Shown here in pieces: positions 9,993 to 20,059 of a DNA stretch of 64,000 nucleotides. The number at the start of each line of letters is the position of its first letter. Position 1 is the first letter of the stretch. Position numbers and translations under genes: made by a program. The notes beneath the pieces are model-generated. The model saw nothing but the letters and a program-made list of their open reading frames with translations. It made no database searches and was not told the origin of the DNA. The stretch comes from Thainema sp. (lineage in GTDB: Bacteria > Cyanobacteriota > Cyanobacteriia > Phormidesmidales > Phormidesmidaceae): the NCBI GenBank assembly GCA_052168235.1, contig JBQLZK010000037.1, forward strand, positions 1 to 64,000, in the 5' to 3' direction.

Positions 9993-11153
9993 TTACTGGC
10001 CGATTTTGGCTTGAATCTTGTCAAACTCAGCCCCATCGGCAAAGAATTTGGATTGCACCGTATCCCAACCGCCCAAATCCTCCACCGTGAACAGGGTTGA
10101 AACTTCGGGATACTGGTCGGCAAACTCTTCTGCTACTTCTGGATCAACCGGACGGAAACCTACTTTGGCAAATGCCCGCTGGGCTTCGGGAGTAAATAGA
10201 AACTCCACAAAGGCTTCGGCGACTTCGCGGGTGCCATGCTTGTCTACGTTGGCATCGACGACAGCTACTGGGTTATCAATGGAAATATTCACATCCGGGA
10301 TGATGTAGGGCTGCTCTTCTCCATTTAGGGCGGCCAGCAGCACTTCGTTTTCGTAGTTAATCAGCACATCTCCCTGACCTCGTTGATAGAAAACGTCTGT
10401 AGCCTCCCGCGCATCTTTAGGCAGTACGGGCACGCTCTGGTATACCTTGGTGACGTAATCTAAAGCCGTCGCTTCATTCACTCCGGTTTGGGTCAGGTGC
10501 CCCCACAGCGCCATAAAGTTCCAGCGGGCACCCCCGGAGGTTTTCGGGTTCGCCGTCACCACGGATACGTCCGGACGGGCCAGGTCTTCCCAACCCTGGA
10601 TATTTTTAGGATTGCCGTCGCGCACCACCAGAGCTGCCACGGACTTGTGGACAATCGCATCATTGGGGGCTTCCTGCTCCCACCCTGGCTCGATCAATCC
10701 CCCTTCCTCTAGCTTTTGCGTATCCAGGGCCAGCGCCAGGGCCACCACATCCGCCTCTAAGCCATCTAGCACTGCACGGGTTTGGGAACCAGAGCCGCCA
10801 TAGCTTTGGTTAATCACGACTTCCTGACCTGTTTCTGCTTTCCACTGCTCTACAAACTGGGGAATGATTTCTTCGTAAGCCGCCTGAGTGACGGCGTAGG
10901 ACACCAGCGTAAGCTCCACCGTTTCCCCAGTGGCAGTGCCAGGATTAGCTCCCGCCTCTGTACCAGACTGGGTGGTAACGCTGCCGCAGGCGGCGATCGC
11001 ACCCGCCACTCCGATTCCAGCTAAGGTCAGTAGCGCTGTTCTGCGAGACACAGACTGACCCCATAGCGGTCGATTTAACCAAAATTGAAAAACTTGCTCG
11101 CGAGACGATTGACGCGCGGTGCGATCGCGCGGCGCGGGGTTAGGTAAAGCCAT
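9993..11153 (-). CDS. sbpA: Sulfate ABC transporter substrate-binding lipoprotein
   Basis: QSYGGSGSQTRAV, ANPKTSGGARWN, GDVLINYENE. Twin-Arg SRRTALL followed by the lipobox IAAC. Confidence 0.95.
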   Translation of the reverse strand: MALPNPAPRDRTARQSSREQVFQFWLNRPLWGQSVSRRTALLTLAGIGVAGAIAACGSVTTQSGTEAGANPGTATGETVELTLVSYAVTQAAYEEIIPQFVEQWKAETGQEVVINQSYGGSGSQTRAVLDGLEADVVALALALDTQKLEEGGLIEPGWEQEAPNDAIVHKSVAALVVRDGNPKNIQGWEDLARPDVSVVTANPKTSGGARWNFMALWGHLTQTGVNEATALDYVTKVYQSVPVLPKDAREATDVFYQRGQGDVLINYENEVLLAALNGEEQPYIIPDVNISIDNPVAVVDANVDKHGTREVAEAFVEFLFTPEAQRAFAKVGFRPVDPEVAEEFADQYPEVSTLFTVEDLGGWDTVQSKFFADGAEFDKIQAKIGQ

Positions 11154-11387
11154 AAAAAACCTCCAGAAACAAGAACCAGAAATCGAAGCGCTTCGTTCTT
11201 GGAGAAGACTATAGCATGAAAAAAGCAGAATTGAATCTCAAATGTTTTGAAATTCATCTCAGATTATTTTTCACTTGACATGAAATTGAATTGTGTTTAA
11301 TTGGAATAAGGTAGAGCCACAAGTTGGCTCTATTCCGGACGCTCAGAATTCAGTAAACCTTTGAAGTACTCAAGTTGTAGAAATCCT

Positions 11388-12419
11388 ATGGGTATCAAAA
11401 TTGAAAATGTGGCAAAGCGATTCGGTTCTTTCCAGGCGCTGGAGCCTGTTTCCCTTGAGGTAAAGACCGGGTCACTGGTGGCCCTGCTGGGGCCATCCGG
11501 TTCAGGTAAGTCAACCCTGCTGCGGATCATCGCCGGATTGGAAACCCCGGATACAGGCAATATTTATCTGTCAGCTCAAGACGCCACCTATCGCAAAGTG
11601 CAGGAGCGCAATGTCGGCTTTGTCTTTCAGCACTATGCGCTGTTCAAGCACATGACCGTGCGCAAAAATGTGGCTTTTGCGATGGAAATTCAGGGGTGGC
11701 CTCAGACGCGCATCCAGCATCGGGTGGAGCGGTTGCTGGATTTGGTGCAGTTAGAGGGATTGGGCGATCGCTATCCGGCCCAACTGTCTGGAGGTCAGCG
11801 TCAGCGAGTCGCTTTAGCCCGTGCCTTAGCCATTGAACCTCAGGTATTGCTACTGGATGAACCTTTTGGAGCCTTGGATGCCAAAGTTCGCAAAGATCTC
11901 CGGGACTGGTTACGGCGACTTCACGATGAAGTCCATGTCACCACGGTATTTGTCACGCACGATCAGGAAGAAGCTATGGAAATTGCCGATGAGATTGTAG
12001 TGATGAATCAGGGGAGAGTAGAGCAAATTGGTTCGCCAGCAGAGGTTTACGAGAATCCGGCGACTCCTTTTGTTATGAGCTTTATCGGAGCTGTCAACGT
12101 TTTGTCACCCGATGCAACCTGGCAATCATTGCATCACGCACTTCCTAGTAACGGCGAAGTATTTTTACGACCCCATGATATTGAAATTTTCTCAAGCGAT
12201 GTTCCCGGTAGTCTAAAAGCTAAAGTGCAACGCTTGATTCACCTGGGCTGGACGATTCGCCTGGAGTTAAGCCTGAGTGACGGGCAATCCTTGACCGCCC
12301 ATATCAGTCACGAGCAGCTTCATGAATTCAAACTCCAGCCACAAAAGGTTGTTTACATTTGTCCTAAATCAGTTCGCACCTTTGAACCTATGTCAGATGC
12401 TCAAACAACGGTTGCTTAA
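11388..12419 (+). CDS. cysA: Sulfate ABC transporter ATP-binding protein CysA
   Basis: [27 protein letters not shown] and a C-terminal TOBE domain. Divergent from sbp; ATG at 11388. Confidence 0.95.
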   Translation: MGIKIENVAKRFGSFQALEPVSLEVKTGSLVALLGPSGSGKSTLLRIIAGLETPDTGNIYLSAQDATYRKVQERNVGFVFQHYALFKHMTVRKNVAFAMEIQGWPQTRIQHRVERLLDLVQLEGLGDRYPAQLSGGQRQRVALARALAIEPQVLLLDEPFGALDAKVRKDLRDWLRRLHDEVHVTTVFVTHDQEEAMEIADEIVVMNQGRVEQIGSPAEVYENPATPFVMSFIGAVNVLSPDATWQSLHHALPSNGEVFLRPHDIEIFSSDVPGSLKAKVQRLIHLGWTIRLELSLSDGQSLTAHISHEQLHEFKLQPQKVVYICPKSVRTFEPMSDAQTTVA

Positions 12420-12519
12420 AAGAAAATGCTCATGCTGTTATTCGGTTATTCTGCGTATGCTTTCAAACTGCCAAGTCGCTCTGGTCGATAGGCTCCATGA
12501 TTGTAAGCTTACGGTTAAG

Positions 12520-13497
12520 CTATTTGGACTGAAACGGATTTTGCACCATCGTTTCTTTCAAACTGGCTGCTACCTTATCTAATTCACTCACCTCACCATC
12601 ATCCAGCGACCAACCGAGTGCGCCCATATTTTGCTGTGCCTGCTCCAGCGTTTTGGCCCCTGGAATCGGTATCGTTCCCTTGCAAATGCACCAGTTGAGC
12701 GCTACCTGAGCCATTGTTTTCTGCCGCGATCGCGCAATTTCATCTAGACAGTTCAGTACAGGTTGTGCCGCTGGCACGAGCCGCTTAAACAAGCGTCGCC
12801 GTAATCCCTTTGGATAGGTATCACCGGGTTTATATTTACCCGTCAAAATGCCCAGGCAGAGCGGACTGTAGGCGATGAGCTGAATGCCTAACTCGTCACA
12901 GACTTCCTTGACCCCCAGCTCCGTCACGGGCTGAGTGGAGAGTAGCGAATACTGCACCTGCAAGGTCTTAATTGGGACACCTCGTTCCTGGAAGCGCTGA
13001 TGCACTTTTCGCAGCCGCTGGCCGCCGTAGTTCGACAGGCCAACACCTTTCACTTTGCCCTGCTGATACAGTTCCGCCAAACCATCCAGTAACGGCCATT
13101 CCTGCCAGGGAAAATAATTGGCGGTTGACCAGTGCATCTGCACCAAATCCACGGGGCGCTGCAATCGCTTAGCAGATGCTTCACAGGCTCGTACCATTGC
13201 GCCGGAGGTGAGTCGCCAGGGATAGGGAGCCAGCTTAGTGGCAATGCAAATTTGATCTTGATTTGCACCCTCGTAAGCGTGGCTGAACTGGCCCAGTAGC
13301 TTCTCACTCTGACCACTGAGTCGGCCCGTGCCGTAGGAATCCCCGGTATCAAACAGTGTGACCCCGTGGCTGACGCAGTAGTTAAACACCTGCTGGAGCT
13401 GGCTATCCATGCTGGGGTCATAGTTCCAGAGCAGCCGATTGCCCCAAGCCCAGGTACCGCAACCCATAGCGGGCAGTGAAAGCGTTTGGTCGATCAT
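12520..13497 (-). CDS. Aldo/keto reductase (pyridoxal-reductase-like)
   Basis: MGCGTWAWG, FDTGDSYG, IATK, GVGLSN, QVQYSLL, IAYSPL, PIPGAKT. Likely start MIDQTL at 13497. Confidence 0.9.
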   Translation of the reverse strand: MIDQTLSLPAMGCGTWAWGNRLLWNYDPSMDSQLQQVFNYCVSHGVTLFDTGDSYGTGRLSGQSEKLLGQFSHAYEGANQDQICIATKLAPYPWRLTSGAMVRACEASAKRLQRPVDLVQMHWSTANYFPWQEWPLLDGLAELYQQGKVKGVGLSNYGGQRLRKVHQRFQERGVPIKTLQVQYSLLSTQPVTELGVKEVCDELGIQLIAYSPLCLGILTGKYKPGDTYPKGLRRRLFKRLVPAAQPVLNCLDEIARSRQKTMAQVALNWCICKGTIPIPGAKTLEQAQQNMGALGWSLDDGEVSELDKVAASLKETMVQNPFQSK

Positions 13498-13560
13498 GCG
13501 AGTGGATGGTGAACCGAAAGACGACAGTACTCTGTTGCAGCATATCGTATTCGATTCCAC

Positions 13561-14706
13561 TTAAATGCCACACTGTTTTAATTTCGCCATCCAGCGGCCA
13601 AATCCCTCCCGCCGAAATCGGGTCGGTTCCTTTTCCGTAGGTTCTAGCACCTGCCAGCGATGCCAGGGTAAGTAACCTACCGGAATCGTGCTGTCTGAGA
13701 CAATCTCAGGACTGAAGTTCAATTCATCAAACTTGAGCCAGTCGCCGTTTTGCTGCCAACCAACTGCGATCGCAAATTTGCCATAATCTTGATTGACGGC
13801 AGGACTTTCCCAAATCTGTCGCTGCACGGCGTAGCTAAATCGACCGTTACTAGCCTTTTCCCACAAGGCATTTAAACGCTCCAGATCTGCACACGGCGGA
13901 TCGAGTGCGATTTCTTCCCAGTTCGCGTCATATTTGGCATCGTTGAAAAGCACACTCGTTTCGGTTTCGGCGGTTTGCCAGTCTTGGTTTTCAAAGCTGG
14001 TTTCAAGCACGGCAGTCGGCACAAAGCAATCTCGTTGAGATACCTCCCCAGAGGGCAAGATTGTATTGCAAAGCCGGACATTATCCAACGCTGTAGATTC
14101 CGCTGGCAAAATCGCCTGCGTGAGATTAGCTTTGGCCAAAGTTATGGGTGGATGCTGCCAACCGCTTAAGTTAGCCCCCGTCAGGTCAGCATGGGCCAGG
14201 GTGACTCCTTCTAAGTTGGTACCGCTCAAGTTTGCGCCGCTCAGGTTAGTATTCTCCATCACTGCGCCTTGTAAGTCGGCGTTGCTGAGGTTTGCGCCGC
14301 TGAGGTTGGCATACTGAAAGTTCACCCCCCGTAACACGGCTTCTGTAAAATTCGCCTGTTCTGCAATGGTGGCTTGAAACAGCGCCCCGGATAAGTCCGC
14401 TCCCCGCAAATCAGCTTCTTCCAGGTAAGTCGCGCCACTGAAGTCTGTTCCCCGTAGATTGGCATTGCGCAAGTTAGCGCGATTGAGCCAAGCTTCCCGA
14501 AAGATGAGTCCGGACAGATCGGCACCCGCTAGATTTTTACCTGACCAGTCAACGGCGCGAAAGTCGGAAAAGCCGTCGCGGCTGCGGCTGCGCCAATCAA
14601 TATTGGCAGGTCGCGTGAGCCAATAGAGGCCACCCGCGCCCAGTAATACTGCCAAAAGACCAACACCACCACAGCCAGCCAGAACCTTTTTCCACATGAA
14701 AAGCAC
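13561..14706 (-). CDS. Membrane-anchored pentapeptide-repeat protein with C-terminal GUN4-like domain
   Basis: N-terminal transmembrane helix, A(D/N)LxG repeats, then WQTAETET...PCADL..LNALW..ASNGRFSYAVQRQIW...AVGW...PVGYLP. Confidence 0.85.
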   Translation of the reverse strand: MLFMWKKVLAGCGGVGLLAVLLGAGGLYWLTRPANIDWRSRSRDGFSDFRAVDWSGKNLAGADLSGLIFREAWLNRANLRNANLRGTDFSGATYLEEADLRGADLSGALFQATIAEQANFTEAVLRGVNFQYANLSGANLSNADLQGAVMENTNLSGANLSGTNLEGVTLAHADLTGANLSGWQHPPITLAKANLTQAILPAESTALDNVRLCNTILPSGEVSQRDCFVPTAVLETSFENQDWQTAETETSVLFNDAKYDANWEEIALDPPCADLERLNALWEKASNGRFSYAVQRQIWESPAVNQDYGKFAIAVGWQQNGDWLKFDELNFSPEIVSDSTIPVGYLPWHRWQVLEPTEKEPTRFRREGFGRWMAKLKQCGI

Positions 14707-14726
14707 CTGTTTTCTGAAATCGGCAA

Positions 14727-15656
14727 TTACAGCGAAGCGGCGACGGGCAGTCTACTTTCTCCGGTAGCAAGCCAATGGGCACATTCTGGCCCCAATCGGC
14801 GTAGCGCTGTTTCCTCATACTTGGCGATATCTGCTGCCGTCAAGATATCCTTCCAGCGTCCATTTGTGCCTTTGTGAATAAACGTCTGGGCACCGCCTTC
14901 CCAGAAGGCTCCTTCCAGTGGTACGGTTTTGACCGCATGGTGCTTCATATAGTCAAAGCTACAGTGTTCTAAAATCAGCGGCCATCGGGATGGTTCAATT
15001 TCGATATCCAAAAACTCAGCGATTTGCCGAATTTGCGTAGCCATATCCCGTTTTAGTGCGGCATAGTGCACCAGCTTGACGTTGGGTAAATGGCGAATGT
15101 CCCACCAGGATTTGACATTTTCCCAGTTTGACCAGAAAGGATAGCCATCTCCGTCTAGCCACTCTCGGAAATATTGCAGGACTGATGCAGGAGGATGCTC
15201 AATTGGTGGGCCAACTCGGCCAGGGGTTTCGTTGACCGCTTCGTACCAAGCGGCGTTGGCTTTGGCATGGTGGTTATATAGACTCCAGACAACATCGCGT
15301 CCATCCCGTGCAATGTACAGATACTTTGCCTGGGGCGAGAAGACAAGCGCGTCTACAGGTAAATGGGTTTTGATGAAGCGGCGATGGGTTTGAGCTTCTA
15401 CGGCAGGCAGCTTAACCTCTTTGGGCGGGATACGCAGATCCAGCCAGGGAGACATGTCTGATACGTTAAGGTCTTCTGCACCGCTCCAGATTAGCTGAGC
15501 CACAATTTGCTGTAGCCAGGTGGTGCCGGATTTGGCGTAGCTGGCAATGATAATGTCGTCGTTGCGAAACTGAAAATCATTCCAGACGGTGGAATCAAAG
15601 TGGTGATTGTGAATCTCCCGAACTTTTTGAGGCCACTGATGACTAACTTGGCTCAT
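14727..15656 (-). CDS. PAPS-dependent aryl sulfotransferase (Sulfotransfer_1)
   Basis: 5'-PSB motif YAKSGTTW, catalytic KTH, 3'-PB motif RDGRDVVWS, C-terminal FIHKGTNGRW. Likely start at 15656. Confidence 0.9.
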   Translation of the reverse strand: MSQVSHQWPQKVREIHNHHFDSTVWNDFQFRNDDIIIASYAKSGTTWLQQIVAQLIWSGAEDLNVSDMSPWLDLRIPPKEVKLPAVEAQTHRRFIKTHLPVDALVFSPQAKYLYIARDGRDVVWSLYNHHAKANAAWYEAVNETPGRVGPPIEHPPASVLQYFREWLDGDGYPFWSNWENVKSWWDIRHLPNVKLVHYAALKRDMATQIRQIAEFLDIEIEPSRWPLILEHCSFDYMKHHAVKTVPLEGAFWEGGAQTFIHKGTNGRWKDILTAADIAKYEETALRRLGPECAHWLATGESRLPVAASL

Positions 15657-15695
15657 GACTGATTTCCTTTTCAAGTTACTAAATGTGTAGAAAAC

Positions 15696-15793
15696 CTCAC
15701 ATCTTGCTAAAACCCAAAAGGGTTATTATGCTGCCGCATCGCGGCGGCATAATAATTTCTTCGGTTGTCAAAGTGCAAGGTGCAAGATGTGAG
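15696..15793. mobile_element. MITE-like element, family A, copy 1 (terminal IR CTCACATCTTGC)
   Basis: Starts CTCACATCTTGC and ends GCAAGATGTGAG. Its last 24 bp are the exact reverse complement of 36279-36302. Extra internal hairpin at 15723-15755. Confidence 0.75.
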
Positions 15794-16247
15794 AAATTGC
15801 ATGGTGCATGGTGCGAATTGAGATGTTGGAGAAGTGATTTGTTTTGTGTTGCAGTGACAAAGCGGCGGCAAAATTGCCCCGTCAATTGACTATAAAGGGG
15901 AGGAAAAACATATTCTGGATGGACAAAATTAATCTTTGGATTGCCTAAAGGTTTTGAGTAAAAGCGCATCCTGATGATGCCGATTCTAATCAATCCATAG
16001 ATTTAGAGAAAACACAAGGATTTCGTAATGTCTTGTGAGGAAATCATCTGAGGCGTTAGGTATATTGACTCATCTTGGATGTAGAGCTAGCGGAGTAATA
16101 GGTCTTTTTAACCTACAAAATCTGAGTACTGCTTTCCGGAAAGCAGTACCAATAATAATTCGCTTTGCACTTTGGCAGATGTGCGATCGCACTTATCTAG
16201 CACACCTATCTAGCACACTTATCCAGCGATCTCTAAAACAAAACAAA

Positions 16248-16280
16248 AGCAACAGCTATCTATACTTAGTAGCTGTTGCT
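16248..16280 (-). terminator. Stem-loop downstream of the glutathione peroxidase gene
   Basis: AGCAACAGCTA...TAGCTGTTGCT followed by a T-run on the minus strand. Confidence 0.55.
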
Positions 16281-16387
16281 GATGATGCTTGAGTAACATT
16301 TCTTGTACTGTGACGATCAAGTTTCACAACACAAAAAATATTGCTGTTTGTTAATAAACCATTGCTTGTAGTAAAAGTTGCGATCGC

Positions 16388-16882
16388 TTATAGCAATGGC
16401 TGAATATCTTTAGCGATCTCTTCCGGTTTTGCCGTTGGAGGATAGCGCTTAACAACCTTGCCACTGCGATCAACTAAAAACTTAGTGAAGTTCCACTTAA
16501 TTCCCTGAGTGCCGAAAATTCCGGGTGCAGCTTTGGTTAAATACTGATACAGCGGATGGGCATTGTTGCCATTGACCTCAATTTTCTGGAAAAGCGGAAA
16601 GGTTACTCCGAAATTAGTTTCACAGAAAGACTGAATCTGGTCTGCATTGCCCGGTTCCTGCTTGCCAAATTGGTTGCAGGGAAATCCCAGGATCACCAAT
16701 CCCTGCTCGGCATATTGCTCGTATAGCGCCTGGAGCCCTTTGTATTGGGGCGTAAAGCCACACTGACTGGCAGTATTAACAATTAGTAAAACCTTGTCCT
16801 TATAAGTACTGAGCGGCACTGATGTGCCATCAATACGGGTGGCCGAAGTGTCATAAATCGACGCAGACGCTTGTGCGGTCAT
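16388..16882 (-). CDS. gpx: Glutathione peroxidase
   Basis: LIVNTASQCGFTPQY, LGFPCNQFG and KWNFTKFLVD signatures. Cys rather than Sec at the active site. Confidence 0.95.
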   Translation of the reverse strand: MTAQASASIYDTSATRIDGTSVPLSTYKDKVLLIVNTASQCGFTPQYKGLQALYEQYAEQGLVILGFPCNQFGKQEPGNADQIQSFCETNFGVTFPLFQKIEVNGNNAHPLYQYLTKAAPGIFGTQGIKWNFTKFLVDRSGKVVKRYPPTAKPEEIAKDIQPLL

Positions 16883-16949
16883 GAATAATTACGTCCTCGG
16901 TATGAAACATAACTTTACAATACAATTTTACATCTTGCTTTCTGTTGCG

Positions 16950-18425
16950 TTATTCTGACGCGTTTGCGTTAGATGTCGTCGCTGACAGTGCTAACTCAGG
17001 TTCAGGCTTCGCTTGAGTATCACTGAGCTGAACGGTTTCAACTCGGAATAGATAAGTAATCACTGCCGCAGCTATGCAGATGAACGCGAGCACAAGTAGC
17101 AGGTTTGTCAGTCCTACCGTCTGTCTGAGAATCGGCAGGACAAACGTACCGAGTACCGCTCCCGCTTTGGCAAAGGCGGCGGCAAATCCGGCACCGCTAG
17201 CTCGGATGGAAGTGGGAAACACTTCTCCCGACAGCAGAAACGTGGTCGAGTTTGGCCCCATATTCATCAACAGATTGAATAGGATAAATCCCGCGAACAC
17301 CAGCGGTAGGTTTGTTGTAGCCCCTTTGGTTGGCTCACCTGCCAACGAGAGCAAAATCAAGCCCAGCGCCATGCCCAGGAAGCCGATGATCTGTAAATTA
17401 ATTCGCCCCCAGCGGTTAATCAGTGCGATCGCAAGTAGAAATCCCAGAATTAAAAATACATCCACTCCAGCCGCACCCAGGGCTGCATTCATTTCGTGCC
17501 GCATAAAGTCGGTTTCATTGGCAAAGGCCAAAATGCCGATAATCACCGGGGTAAAGATACCGATGCCGTAGGTGGCGATGTCCTGCAAGAACCACGGTAC
17601 GGAAGCGAGAATCGTTCGCCGCTGATACTGCTGGGTAAATAGTGACCCGTAAGTCAGACTGGGATTCTGTTCTGGCGGATCGGTGGTAGGCGTAATCTCA
17701 ATTGGTTGCTCCAGTAGTTCCGAGGCGGCGGCAGATGCCTGCTCATAGTCACCCTTGGCGATGTAGTAGCGGGGACTTTCCAATAAAAATTGAAGCCGCA
17801 GAACTGCCACCAGGATTGCTAGCCCTAGCCCCACTCCTAGCATCCAGCGCCAGGCATACTGGAGCGCAGGTTCGACTGACTCTGGATAAAAATGTCGAAA
17901 ACTAGCAATCACAGCTAATCCGACCAGGGCACCTAGCAGTGCGCCGACCGCTTGGAAGCTGAAGGCCCCAATTACCATGCGTCCTCGCAAACGAGTTGGC
18001 ACGTTTTCGGTAATGTATGAGACGCTAATCGGATAGTCGGCTCCAATGGCTATGCCTACTAGAAACCGAAAAATCACGAGGGACGTGACATTCCAGGCTA
18101 GAGCTGTCGCGGCAGATGCGACGACGAACAGTGCGATATCCAGCACCAGCATCCGCTGGCGGCCCACTCGGTCAGTAATCGGGCCGAGGGTGAGGGAACC
18201 CACCAGTGATCCGGCAATAGCGGCAACTGCGATCGCACCCACATTGGCGGCACTAATCCCGAAATCCCGCTCAATGAAAGGCATAGCGACGCCAATGATA
18301 AAAAAGTCAAAGCCATCGAGCGCAATCAGACCTGCGGACAGAATCCACAGCAGCCACATGGGGCGGGTGAGTCGAGATTGATCAAGCCGTTGCTGAAAGG
18401 AAAGGGTTTTGGGCGCAGTAGTCAT
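16950..18425 (-). CDS. MFS transporter (sugar/phosphate porter-like)
   Basis: About 12 transmembrane helices, DRVGRQ motif A, RFLVGIAIGADYP, GPNSTTF..SGEVFPTSIR. Confidence 0.9.
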   Translation of the reverse strand: MTTAPKTLSFQQRLDQSRLTRPMWLLWILSAGLIALDGFDFFIIGVAMPFIERDFGISAANVGAIAVAAIAGSLVGSLTLGPITDRVGRQRMLVLDIALFVVASAATALAWNVTSLVIFRFLVGIAIGADYPISVSYITENVPTRLRGRMVIGAFSFQAVGALLGALVGLAVIASFRHFYPESVEPALQYAWRWMLGVGLGLAILVAVLRLQFLLESPRYYIAKGDYEQASAAASELLEQPIEITPTTDPPEQNPSLTYGSLFTQQYQRRTILASVPWFLQDIATYGIGIFTPVIIGILAFANETDFMRHEMNAALGAAGVDVFLILGFLLAIALINRWGRINLQIIGFLGMALGLILLSLAGEPTKGATTNLPLVFAGFILFNLLMNMGPNSTTFLLSGEVFPTSIRASGAGFAAAFAKAGAVLGTFVLPILRQTVGLTNLLLVLAFICIAAAVITYLFRVETVQLSDTQAKPEPELALSATTSNANASE

Positions 18426-18627
18426 GTCTGATGTGCTAATCGATCTGGAATATTCACATCTTGTCCCGAAATCCAGAATTAGGCATCTTACTGCCGCCGC
18501 ATTGTGTCTAGAATCGGCCTGACTCTAAACAAACTAGATCAAACACTCGCTAGGATAGAACTGCATTACCCACACCATTGCCCATGTAGACCGATTACTC
18601 AGATCTTGTACCCACACTTGAAGAATC

Positions 18628-19095
18628 ATGAGCAGAGTAATTCCAGAGCGGATGACCGTTGATATTGAAGGTGATTTTGTTGTCTTTTTAATTGGGCTGC
18701 GGATTAACAAAATCTGGAAAGCCCATAAGTGGCTACCCGCTTTTCTGGCTATGCCGCGCATGATTCGGGAACTCCAGGCTGATCCAGATAGCGGTTTCCT
18801 GGGACATACGATGGGATTCCCTGTTATTGTTCAATACTGGCGGTCTTTCGAGCAGTTAGAAGCCTATGCCCGTAACCGTAACCAAGAACATTGGCCAGCC
18901 TGGGTCAATTTCAACCAGCGAGTCGGCAAAAGTCGCGGTGATGTTGGCATTTGGCACGAAACCTACAAAGTTCGAGCCGGAGAATATGAGGCTGTCTATA
19001 GCGGTATGCCCGCTTTTGGTTTAGGAAAAGTCGGTCATCTGGTGTCCGCAACAGGCAATAAAGAGGCCGCCCGCGATCGCATCTCTGCACCGTGA
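18628..19095 (+). CDS. DUF4188-family protein (monooxygenase-like)
   Basis: [46 protein letters not shown]. Confidence 0.85.
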   Translation: MSRVIPERMTVDIEGDFVVFLIGLRINKIWKAHKWLPAFLAMPRMIRELQADPDSGFLGHTMGFPVIVQYWRSFEQLEAYARNRNQEHWPAWVNFNQRVGKSRGDVGIWHETYKVRAGEYEAVYSGMPAFGLGKVGHLVSATGNKEAARDRISAP

Positions 19096-19133
19096 GTACA
19101 CGAGCCACTGGACAACTATTCTCAGCACTTGAC

Positions 19134-19256
19134 AAGTGAGGAGTGAGGCGTAAGGAGTAAGGGCTGTAAAGGTCGTAAAGATTCCACGCCTGTCACCTAG
19201 TACCCAAAACCCAGAACCTAATACCCATCAACTAGCCTTCAGCCCTCAGCCTTACC
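19134..19256. repeat. Degenerate heptamer tandem repeats (STRR-like) between convergent genes
   Basis: GAGTGAG/GCGTAAG/GAGTAAG units, then TACCCAA/AACCCAG/AACCTAA/TACCCAT and CCTTCAG/CCCTCAG units. Confidence 0.55.
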
Positions 19257-19260
19257 CGCT

Positions 19261-19500
19261 TCAAGACTGACGATAAACATTCTCTAGCCACCGTCGCTGC
19301 TCCTCCGTCGTTTCTAGATACGGTGAAAAGCGAGTGCTCATCCCGTAGCGATAGGCGCGAATGTTGCTCCACTGACTGGAGTAAGCTGGGTCGTGAACCA
19401 TGAAGCGAGTGAAGTGACGCCATCCGGTTCGAATGCTGTCCCAGAACCGATTTGTTGATTTTGCCTGTGGCGCTTCTGTGCCATAAGATTGATTTTGCAT
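19261..19500 (-). CDS. Small hypothetical protein
   Basis: 79-aa ORF with a GGAGG Shine-Dalgarno sequence just upstream (cctcc on the plus strand near 19506-19510). Confidence 0.65.
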   Translation of the reverse strand: MQNQSYGTEAPQAKSTNRFWDSIRTGWRHFTRFMVHDPAYSSQWSNIRAYRYGMSTRFSPYLETTEEQRRWLENVYRQS

Positions 19501-19631
19501 AACACCCTCCTTTTTAAGATTCTGTATATAGCATTACTATTTTATAATTTCTGCTCGAACTTGGCTTTATTCCTAAGAAGGATAATTGGGGAAGTTACGT
19601 CCTAATTTAGGCTAATTTAGGAACAGGCTTT

Positions 19632-19658
19632 GTAGGGCTACGGCATGCTGTGTCCCTA
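19632..19658. repeat. GTAG-type REP-like palindrome
   Basis: GTAGGGCTACGGCATGCTGTGTCCCTA. Relatives lie at 25159, 39332 and 46432. Confidence 0.65.
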
Positions 19659-19724
19659 TGGTGGGCTTGAGACCAAAACTGGAAAGGGCTTGGGTGCGAG
19701 CTGAATCTGCATTTGCCATGAACC

Positions 19725-19979
19725 TTACGGCAGTTCCTCTTCTTCCGGCCAGAACTTGTCGTCTATCCGCATCGGGGCATCGCGCCAGGTCAGGTTCAGC
19801 GTTTGGCAGCGGTGAATGGTAGCGGGTATCGGCATGTTGAGCGGATCGGCATCGAGCCAATCCAGTAAAGACTGCCGTTGAGCGGCCTCTAGAACCGCAA
19901 CGTTGAGAAAGCGATCCGCTGGATCAACTTCAGGTGCGATCGCAAGTCGAGGGCCAACCCGGCTTTCGACATTAATTTT
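19725..19979 (-). pseudogene. Possible 3' gene remnant (84 open codons, no upstream start)
   Basis: The frame reads KINVESRVGPRLAIAPEVDPADRFL...DDKFWPEEEELP* and is closed upstream by an in-frame TGA (19980-19982). It contains HIP1. Confidence 0.3.
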
Positions 19980-20059
19980 TCAGATAATTTCGCGCTGGTT
20001 TCAGGAAATGCGCGTAGGTTGGTGGTTATAGATTGTGTCGATGCTTCAGGATCAAGTGA

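Noticed and set aside
15683..16292. Short ORFs 15683-15889, 15697-15993 and 16035-16292
   Set aside because: They run through repeats and AT-rich spacer DNA and show no protein motif.
16388..16882. Selenocysteine recoding in glutathione peroxidase
   Set aside because: The active-site codon is Cys and there is no in-frame TGA.
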